Positions 56,879 through 64,000 of a stretch of 64,000 bases of DNA are shown in pieces. How positions within the stretch are numbered: the stretch's first letter is position 1; every line of letters starts with the position of its first letter. The DNA comes from an uncultured Collinsella sp. (GTDB lineage: Bacteria; Actinomycetota; Coriobacteriia; Coriobacteriales; Coriobacteriaceae), in NCBI GenBank assembly GCA_902491915.1, contig CABUJL010000001.1, positions 35-64,034 on the forward strand, read 5' to 3'. Position numbers and translations under genes: made by a program. Below the pieces are notes generated by a model. The model had not been told where the DNA came from and did no database searches. It saw only the letters and a program-made list of their open reading frames with translations.

Positions 56879-57505
56879 TTATGCAAGCACCTCCCCGAAG
56901 TGAGCGGCGATGTCGGCGGGCATCAGCACAGCGTTGTTGTTGACGAGATCGTAGGTGTTGGCCTCGTCAGCGGTGATGATGAACGTCTTGGGAATGTTGC
57001 GGAACGACAGGTAGGCGTTGACGTCCTCATCGCGAACGATGATGGTCAGACGCTTGCCCTCAAGGCCGAGAGCCTTGAGCATGGCGACGGCAGCCTTGGT
57101 GGAAGGCTTCTCGAAGCCGTAGTCGTCGACGAGCACGAGCTCGCCATCGGCCAGCTTGGCGGACAGCGCGGAGCGCATAGCCAGCTTGACCTCCTTGTTG
57201 TTCATACGCTTGGCGTAGGAACGGGGCTTGGGGGCGAAGACAACGCCACCGTGACGCCACTGGGCAGCACGGATGGAACCCTGGCGGGCACGGCCGGTGC
57301 CCTTCTGACGCCAAGGCTTCTTGCCGCCACCGGAAACCTCAGAGCGGCCCTTAGCGGACTGGGTGCCCTGACGCCAAGAGGCCATCTGGCACTTGACGAT
57401 GTGGTGCATAACGTGGATGTTCGGCTCGATGCCGTACACCTCAGCGGCGAGCTCGGCCTCGGCGACCTTCTTGCCCTCGCTGTTCTTAACTTCAAACTTT
57501 GCCAT
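56879..57505 (-). CDS. rplD: 50S ribosomal protein L4
   Basis: RQGT, GGGKKPWRQKGTGRARQGS. Confidence 0.99.
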   Translation of the reverse strand: MAKFEVKNSEGKKVAEAELAAEVYGIEPNIHVMHHIVKCQMASWRQGTQSAKGRSEVSGGGKKPWRQKGTGRARQGSIRAAQWRHGGVVFAPKPRSYAKRMNNKEVKLAMRSALSAKLADGELVLVDDYGFEKPSTKAAVAMLKALGLEGKRLTIIVRDEDVNAYLSFRNIPKTFIITADEANTYDLVNNNAVLMPADIAAHFGEVLA

Positions 57506-57551
57506 TTAAGTGTTCTCCTTGGTATGACGCTGGGCTAAATGGGCTGGGCCC

Positions 57552-58172
57552 TTAGGCCATACGGATGGCGACGAGACCATTCTTGGCACCCGGGACAGCG
57601 CCCTTGACCAAGATGAGGTTCTGCTCGGCATCGATGCGGACAACGGAAAGGTTCTTGACGGTAACGCGCTCGTTACCCATGTGACCGGCCATCTTGACGC
57701 CCTTGAGGACGCGCGCAGGATAGGCGCACTGACCGATAGAACCGGGGTGACGCTGGAAGTGAGAACCATGCGTCATAGGACCGCGGCGCTGACCCCAGCG
57801 CTTGATGCGACCCTGGAAGCCCTTACCCTTGGAGGTACCGATGACGTCGACCTTCTCGACATCAGCGAAATCAGCGACGGTGACGACCTCGCCGACCTTG
57901 TGCTCCTCGCCGTTCTCGACGCGGACCTCACGAAGGAAACGGACAGGCTCGACGCCAGCCTTGGCGAAGTGACCAGCCATGGGCTTGTTCACGTTCTTGG
58001 CCTTGATGTCGCCGAAACCGATCTGGACGGCGTCATAGCCGTCGGTTGCCTGAGTTTTAACCTGCGAGACAGCGCAGGGGCCAGCCTGGATGACCGTGAC
58101 GGGAACGACGTTGTCGTCCTCGTCCCAAACCTGGGTCATGCCAATCTTGCGGCCGAGAATCATGCTGATCAA
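57552..58172 (-). CDS. rplC: 50S ribosomal protein L3
   Basis: [35 protein letters not shown] start. Confidence 0.99.
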   Translation of the reverse strand: MISMILGRKIGMTQVWDEDDNVVPVTVIQAGPCAVSQVKTQATDGYDAVQIGFGDIKAKNVNKPMAGHFAKAGVEPVRFLREVRVENGEEHKVGEVVTVADFADVEKVDVIGTSKGKGFQGRIKRWGQRRGPMTHGSHFQRHPGSIGQCAYPARVLKGVKMAGHMGNERVTVKNLSVVRIDAEQNLILVKGAVPGAKNGLVAIRMA

Positions 58173-58431
58173 GATATGATCCCAACTCTCGCGTGGTCTT
58201 GGGACAATGCGTACACCACCGAGCGTACGCCCCTAGAGGACCACTACTTACACGACGTGCTCCCCAGCCTTGTATAGCGTCCGGACTACCTGACAACCCT
58301 ATTAAGCAGGCATTTTGTCCAGCCAGAATACTCCCCTGGTTTCACACAGCTGTTTAGTATACACGGCTGCGGGCGTATCCATCGAGATTCATATTTCACT
58401 CACATTGTTTACGCAGGTAAAGTGCGTGGCA

Positions 58432-58596
58432 CGTTCCCAGTGTGCGGCGGAGGGGGCGGGCCTGAGACATATTAAGGTTGCTGCTCTACAGTCCTGCTCA
58501 CGACGGAGAGCACATTAAGTGCTCTCCTGTTCGTGCGGAACTCGCGACAACCTTAATATGTCTCAGGCCCGCCCCCTCCGCCGCACACTGGGAACG
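58432..58596. mobile_element. MITE/REPIN-like palindromic element with perfect 49-bp inverted arms
   Basis: 58432-58480 is the exact reverse complement of 58548-58596; internal GGAGAGCAC/GTGCTCTCC hairpin. Confidence 0.7.
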
Positions 58597-58631
58597 CCAC
58601 GTTGATGTCTGCTTAACTCTGCTCGCTCAGG

Positions 58632-59258
58632 CTAATGACTTTGTTGGGGGTCCACTATTTGCTGAAGGGTGAACTTGCATTGCATTGGCTCGCCTTCTGC
58701 TTGTGGCTTTGCCTCTTCGAAATCGAAGATCATGATGGCGCAGTTGGGGAGTTTTGCTGGGAGTTCGAAGCCCTCTGGGGCTGCAGCTTTGATGAATTGG
58801 CGGCTGGCGCTGCCGTGGCTTACTGCTAGGAGGGTTTCGATACCATCGGCGCTCATGAGATTGGTGAGGGTGGCTACCATGCGTTCTTGCAACGCTTTGC
58901 TTCCCTCTCCTCCAAAGGGGACCAGATCTTCGCCTGGATCCCAGACGTCGGTGGGCAGCGCGTCGTGCGGGCCTTCCTCGAAGGTTCCATAGCAGCGCTC
59001 GATGATGCCTTCGCAGGGCTCGACTGCTGCGTCCGGGCCGAGGAGCTCGCATGCGACGCGCTGAGCTGTGTCCATGGCTCGGCCTAAGGGTGATGAGGCC
59101 ACTTTGTCGGGAACGACGTTGTGGGCTTTGAGCCATGCGGCTGCCATCCCGGCTTGCTGACGGCCCAAATCGGTGAGCGGTGAATCGCAGCGACCCTGGA
59201 CGAGCTTTTTAACGTTGAATTCTGTCTGGCCGTGGCGGAGTAGATATAGACGCTTCAT
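58632..59258 (-). CDS. Histidine phosphatase family protein
   Basis: LLRHGQT, SSPLGRA, GGE, VSHG. Confidence 0.93.
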   Translation of the reverse strand: MKRLYLLRHGQTEFNVKKLVQGRCDSPLTDLGRQQAGMAAAWLKAHNVVPDKVASSPLGRAMDTAQRVACELLGPDAAVEPCEGIIERCYGTFEEGPHDALPTDVWDPGEDLVPFGGEGSKALQERMVATLTNLMSADGIETLLAVSHGSASRQFIKAAAPEGFELPAKLPNCAIMIFDFEEAKPQAEGEPMQCKFTLQQIVDPQQSH

Positions 59259-59297
59259 GCTCTCCCCTTCTGTATAACTTGCTTTGCCGGCGCAGCC

Positions 59298-60452
59298 CTA
59301 CTCGTGGGTATGGCCTACGTAGTCTTCATCGATCGTGATCTTGGCAATCGACTTGGGGTATTCCGACTCGACCCGTTGTGTCAGCGCGTGCTTTACGTCT
59401 TCGGCACTCATCTGCAGATCCGAGGGACGCACGCAGTCAAAGATCACGTTGGTGTGCGTAGGACCCGGCACGCAGCGCAGGTCATGAATCGAGAGGCGGT
59501 TATCGATCTCCTGGGCCATGGCGTGAATGCGCAAGCGCATGCTCGCCAGCTTGGGGTCATCGGTCACGATGGGATCGTAGTGAAGCGTAACGATCATGCC
59601 GTCTTCGTCCCTAAACGACTGCTCGATGTTATCGAGCGTGTCGTGACTTTCCAACGGGCTGTCCTCGGCCGCCATCTCGGCATGCGCACTTGCAAACTTC
59701 CTGCCCGGGCCGTAGTCGTGAACCATCAAATCGTGAACGCCCAAAACGCCGGGATAGCTCATGATCTTGTCTCGAATGTGCTTGACCAGCTTAGGATCGG
59801 GCGACTGACCCAAAAGCGGGCTCACCGTATCCTGGATGAGTTCAAAACCGCTCCAGCCAATATAGGCGCCAACGGCAAGGCCGACCCATGCGTCAAGATT
59901 GATGTGCGTCACCTGCGAAACAATCGCGCACGCCAGCACGGCGCCCGTGGCTAGGACATCGTTCTTGGAATCCTGCGCGGTCGCATGCAGCGTCTCGGAC
60001 TCAATGCGGTCACCGAGCTTTTGGTTGAGGGCCGCCATCCACAGCTTTACGACCATCGAAAGCACTAGAACTGCCACCAGGGCAAGCGAGAACTCGACAG
60101 GTTCGGGGTGGATGATGCGCTCAACCGAGGACTTCACCAGCTCAACGCCAATCAGCAGCACGAGCGCCGCCACGACCAGACCCGAGAGATACTCGTAGCG
60201 ACCGTGGCCGTAAGGATGCTCGGGGTCGGCCGGCTTGCTCGCCAGCTTAAAGCCCAGCACGCTCACGATGTTCGAGCTGGCATCGGACAGGTTGTTCATG
60301 GCATCCGCCACAATCGAAACCGATCCCGACAGCACGCCAATTACGCCCTTCGCAGCGCATAGTGCCACATTGGCGAGAATACACACCACGCCCGTCAACG
60401 TGCCCACGCGCGCACGGTCGCCCTGCGCACGCTTAACAATCCACTCGACCAT
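59298..60452 (-). CDS. Cation diffusion facilitator transporter
   Basis: ADAMNNLSD, HPYGHGRYEY, DSKND, HDLMVHDYGPG. Confidence 0.93.
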   Translation of the reverse strand: MVEWIVKRAQGDRARVGTLTGVVCILANVALCAAKGVIGVLSGSVSIVADAMNNLSDASSNIVSVLGFKLASKPADPEHPYGHGRYEYLSGLVVAALVLLIGVELVKSSVERIIHPEPVEFSLALVAVLVLSMVVKLWMAALNQKLGDRIESETLHATAQDSKNDVLATGAVLACAIVSQVTHINLDAWVGLAVGAYIGWSGFELIQDTVSPLLGQSPDPKLVKHIRDKIMSYPGVLGVHDLMVHDYGPGRKFASAHAEMAAEDSPLESHDTLDNIEQSFRDEDGMIVTLHYDPIVTDDPKLASMRLRIHAMAQEIDNRLSIHDLRCVPGPTHTNVIFDCVRPSDLQMSAEDVKHALTQRVESEYPKSIAKITIDEDYVGHTHE

Positions 60453-60484
60453 CTACATCCGCCCCCACGGTACTACCTATATAT

Positions 60485-61813
60485 CTATTGCTCAAACGGA
60501 TTGTAGTGTAGCCACTTTGTCCCCCAGATACAAAAAAGGCCGCGACCCACACGGGCCACGGCCTTGGAGCATGGCAAAGGAATCGTCCTTGTGTCGCACA
60601 GGTTTACGCGCTTACTTCGGCCACGCTCTTCGAGGTTTCGGGTGAATCCGTCCCCCGTCGTCTGCCCCTTCGTCGGCACCACACCAAAGCAGTAGCTCAG
60701 CGCCGCAGACATCGCGAATGCTACACCACCGGCAGCGCAGCACCACAGCAGGTTCGAGATGCCGCCCGTGGCAAAGCCAATGACCATGAGGACATTCGTC
60801 ATGCCGATGGTATAGGCCGTAACGTGGCCCACGGCCGCAACAAGGCCTCCGACGGCGCCGCCAATGGCCATGCACGTCAGGCACCTGCCATATTTAAAGC
60901 CGCAACCGTACAGCGCCGGCTCGCTTACGCCACCAAGCACGCCCGAGATCGAATAGCCCAGCATGAGCGCCTTCTCGTCCTTATCCGCAACGCGAAGCGA
61001 CGCGCCAAAGGGCATGCCCCAAACGGCGAACGTTGCCATCGTCGCGGCGATCAGGATGCACGAATCCGTTCCCACACTCATAAACTGCGCATAGGCGAGC
61101 GATAGGACGACGTTGCTGACGCCCGCGATCTTTAGGAACTCCCAGCCTGCGGCAAGCCCCATGAGCGTGAGCAGCGACACAATGCCACCGGAATTGCCAA
61201 GCATAAACATAAGCTGGCCCAACAGCATGCCCAGATAGCTGCCCGCCGGCGCCGTAATGCACAGCGAAACCGGAACCATGACAAGCAAGGTCGCAAACGG
61301 AACAAACGAAAACGCCACGGCCTTAGGGATAACGCGCTTAAAGAAACACTCCACTCGCCATAGCACGGGCACCGAGATGAGAACCGGAATAACAGTCGTC
61401 GTGTAATCGTTGACCGGCGCAGGAAGCAGACCATACACGGAAGTCATCGATGCCCCCGTCGTCGATGCGGCATCGACAAGCTTGAGTAAATCGGGTGCAA
61501 TCAATACGCCGCCCAGCATCATGCCCAGCTGCTCCGAGCAACCGAGCTGGCGGGCGGCCGCCCAACCAAGATAAATGGGCAAAAAGTAGTAGCCGGCGTT
61601 ATAGAGCCAACTGTAGAACAGGCGATAGATATCGGAATCGGCAGACCACAGGCCCAGCATGCCTTCGCCCATAATGACAGCGACGGTGCGGAACAACGCC
61701 GCGCAGACAATAAACGGCAGCGCCGACATCATGCTTTTGGACAGATAGTCCACCACGGCCATGGCGTTTGATGAAACCGACGTTGTAAACGAGGTGTTAG
61801 AAACTTGTAGCAT
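60485..61813 (-). CDS. PTS EIIC component (beta-glucoside/sucrose-type), stand-alone
   Basis: YYFLPIYLG, LGGVLIAP, YTTTVIP, GGVSEPALYG, GGAVGG; RBS GGGAAAGG before the ATG at 61813. Confidence 0.82.
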   Translation of the reverse strand: MLQVSNTSFTTSVSSNAMAVVDYLSKSMMSALPFIVCAALFRTVAVIMGEGMLGLWSADSDIYRLFYSWLYNAGYYFLPIYLGWAAARQLGCSEQLGMMLGGVLIAPDLLKLVDAASTTGASMTSVYGLLPAPVNDYTTTVIPVLISVPVLWRVECFFKRVIPKAVAFSFVPFATLLVMVPVSLCITAPAGSYLGMLLGQLMFMLGNSGGIVSLLTLMGLAAGWEFLKIAGVSNVVLSLAYAQFMSVGTDSCILIAATMATFAVWGMPFGASLRVADKDEKALMLGYSISGVLGGVSEPALYGCGFKYGRCLTCMAIGGAVGGLVAAVGHVTAYTIGMTNVLMVIGFATGGISNLLWCCAAGGVAFAMSAALSYCFGVVPTKGQTTGDGFTRNLEERGRSKRVNLCDTRTIPLPCSKAVARVGRGLFCIWGTKWLHYNPFEQ

Positions 61814-61853
61814 GGAACGCCTTTCCCAATATGACATGCGGGCTGTCCCTTTG

Positions 61854-63578
61854 TCACATCGTGCGGTATCGACCGATTGCGCGGTACTTTTCGTAGCGGA
61901 GGTTTGTGAGGGTCGCGTCGTCGAGCTGCCCAAGCGTATCGAAGGCATCAAATGCCGAGGACATGACGGCACCGGCGATCTCCTCATGCGACAGGCCCTT
62001 ATCGTCAACAATGCCGTCAATGATGCCGAGCGCCAGCAGATCGGGGGCCGTGAGCTTAAGCGCCTCGGCGGCCTCATTCGCGCGCTCGGTATCCTTCCAC
62101 AGGATCGACGCACAGGCCTCGGGGCTCACGACCGAATAGGCCGAGCTCGAGAGCATCAGGATGCGGTCGGCCACGGACAGCGCCAGCGCGCCACCAGAGC
62201 CGCCCTCGCCTGTCACCACCGAGACAATCGGCGTCTTAAGGCCGCTCATCTCCATGAGGTTCTGGGCAATCGCCTCACCCTGGCCGCGTTCCTCGGCACC
62301 GATGCCGCAAAACGCGCCCGAAGTATCGACCAGGCACAGAACCGGTCGACCAAACTTTTCGGCCTGGCGCATCAGGCGACGCGCTTTGCGGTAGCCCTCG
62401 GGATGTGCCATACCAAAGTTGCGACGCATGCGCTCTTTGGTCGTGGTGCCGCGCTCGATGGCGATGACCGTTACGGGGCGTCCGTCTTTCCAGCCAATGC
62501 CAGCCACCACAGCAGCGTCGTCGCCAAAGTAGCGGTCGCCGTGCAGCTCCACAAATCCATCCAGGCCCAGCGAGATCATCTCGCCTGCCGTGGCGCGATC
62601 TGCCGAGCGGGTCTGCTTGACAATCTCGAGCGCGGTTTTTGGTGCGGCCGAGCGCTTGAACAAGTGTCCCAGCTTTTTGCCGCGGCGACCCGTATGCACG
62701 ATCTCATGCGGTGCCCCCAGGCCGGGCGCGTGCCCTTCGTGCAGCGCCAGCAGCTCGCCTACCGTGAGCGCAATCTCGCCACGCGGAACAACGGCATCGC
62801 AAAAGCCGTGCTCCAGCAAAAACTCGGAGCGCTGGAATCCCTTGGGCAGGCGCTTGTGCATGTTCTGCTCGATCACGCGCGGGCCGGCAAATGCCGTCAG
62901 GGCATCGGGCTCGGCCAGGATAATATCGCCCTCCATGGCAAAGCTCGCGGTTACGCCTCCGGTCGTGGGGTCAGTGAGCACCGTGATATACAGGCCGCCC
63001 GCCTCGCTATGGCGCCTAACCGCCGCAGAGATTTTGGCCATCTGCATGAGCGAGGTCACGCCCTCCTGCATGCGGGCGCCACCCGATACGGTAAAGCCAA
63101 CGACCGGCAGTCCCAGCTCGGTCGCACGCTCAAATGTGCGGCAGATCTTCTCGCCCACCACGGAACCCATCGAGCCCATCATAAAGTTGGCGTCCATAAA
63201 GAAGAGCGCCGTATCGCAACCGCAGATTTTGCCCTTGCCGCACACAACGGCATCGCGCTCGCCCGAACGTTCGCTCACGCTCTTGAGCTTGTCGGCATAG
63301 CCGGGAAACGAAAGGAAGTCCTCCGGCGCCAGACTGGCATCCCATTCCTCAAACGTGCCCTCGTCAATCGTCATGCGCATGCGGTCGCGCCCGCTCACGC
63401 GAAAGTGTTTGCCGCAACGAGGGCAGACCTCGAGGTTGTCGTGCAGGCGCGCCTCATCGATCACGCGGCGGCACTCCGGGCACTTGATAAACACGTGGCG
63501 CGCGGGAAACTCGGCGCACGACTCGGTCATCGGTCCCTCGAGGACGTTGACCGTCTTCGCTTTTCTATTCATCAGCAT
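61854..63578 (-). CDS. accDA: Fused acetyl-CoA carboxylase carboxyltransferase beta/alpha (AccD-AccA)
   Basis: KCPEC...CPRC zinc finger, SGGARMQEG, PTTGGVTASFA, then ELHGDR, FGMAHPEGYRKA, GEGGSGGAL. Confidence 0.93.
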   Translation of the reverse strand: MLMNRKAKTVNVLEGPMTESCAEFPARHVFIKCPECRRVIDEARLHDNLEVCPRCGKHFRVSGRDRMRMTIDEGTFEEWDASLAPEDFLSFPGYADKLKSVSERSGERDAVVCGKGKICGCDTALFFMDANFMMGSMGSVVGEKICRTFERATELGLPVVGFTVSGGARMQEGVTSLMQMAKISAAVRRHSEAGGLYITVLTDPTTGGVTASFAMEGDIILAEPDALTAFAGPRVIEQNMHKRLPKGFQRSEFLLEHGFCDAVVPRGEIALTVGELLALHEGHAPGLGAPHEIVHTGRRGKKLGHLFKRSAAPKTALEIVKQTRSADRATAGEMISLGLDGFVELHGDRYFGDDAAVVAGIGWKDGRPVTVIAIERGTTTKERMRRNFGMAHPEGYRKARRLMRQAEKFGRPVLCLVDTSGAFCGIGAEERGQGEAIAQNLMEMSGLKTPIVSVVTGEGGSGGALALSVADRILMLSSSAYSVVSPEACASILWKDTERANEAAEALKLTAPDLLALGIIDGIVDDKGLSHEEIAGAVMSSAFDAFDTLGQLDDATLTNLRYEKYRAIGRYRTM

Positions 63579-64000
63579 AGAGATGCCCCATCAGATCGGT
63601 GTGATACATGCCCGACAAGAACTCGTCGTTTGCCAGCACGTCGAGCTGAAGCTCGCTGTTTTCGCTCACGCCCTCAATCACGAGCTCGCCCAGGGCCGAG
63701 CGCATCTTGCGAATGGCGCCGTCACGCGTGGGCGCACACACGATGAGCTTGCCAAGCATGGAGTCGTAGTACGGCGGAACTTTCGCACCGGTAAACATGG
63801 CGGAATCCCAGCGCACGCGCGGACCACCCGGCACACGCAACGCGGTGACCGTTCCGCATGACGGCAGAAAGTCCGGCGTTTCGGCATTGATGCGGCACTC
63901 CATGGCGTGGTTGCGGACCGGCATGTCCTCCTGCTCAAAGGGCAGAGGCTGGCCGGCTGCCACGCGCAGCTGCCACTTGACCAAGTCGGTATCGGTCACA
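63565..64000 (-). CDS. accC: Biotin carboxylase, C-terminal part (runs off the window edge)
   Basis: HAMECRINAE, PGGP.VR.DS, PPYYDSMLGKLI. Confidence 0.92.
   Translation of the reverse strand, partial: VTDTDLVKWQLRVAAGQPLPFEQEDMPVRNHAMECRINAETPDFLPSCGTVTALRVPGGPRVRWDSAMFTGAKVPPYYDSMLGKLIVCAPTRDGAIRKMRSALGELVIEGVSENSELQLDVLANDEFLSGMYHTDLMGHLYADE

Overview
High-GC Coriobacteriia-like chromosome segment; it looks like Collinsella, judged from protein and repeat style, not from a search. The backbone is the minus-strand S10-spc-alpha ribosomal cluster, but it is split: rplX ends in its own terminator at ~52.3 kb, rplE restarts at 12.1 kb, and rpsJ is missing ahead of rplC. The ~40 kb gap holds an anaerobic, selenium/molybdenum-dependent purine (urate) catabolism cluster (xdhC, yqeB, yqeC, hydA, mocA, ygeW, ygeY, dpaL ... 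xdh, ferredoxin, ygfK, ssnA, NCS2 permease, ridA, two YheO-like regulators) with a shared candidate 19-bp operator. That cluster is itself split by a ~12 kb defence/stress island: GmrSD, a ~787-aa unknown protein, an HsdR remnant, a DEDD exonuclease, SIMPL, two ATPases (one broken) and an AbiEi-like nuclease with a 46-bp palindromic array. The best novel candidate is a duplicated module at 29.6-31.35 kb. It has a 41-aa hydrophobic type I toxin-like ORF with a LexA-like box and a sequestered RBS, a convergent antisense RNA with its own promoter and terminator, and PafBC/RecA-NDp-like promoters on the neighbouring cargo genes. All family calls come from recognising motifs by eye.
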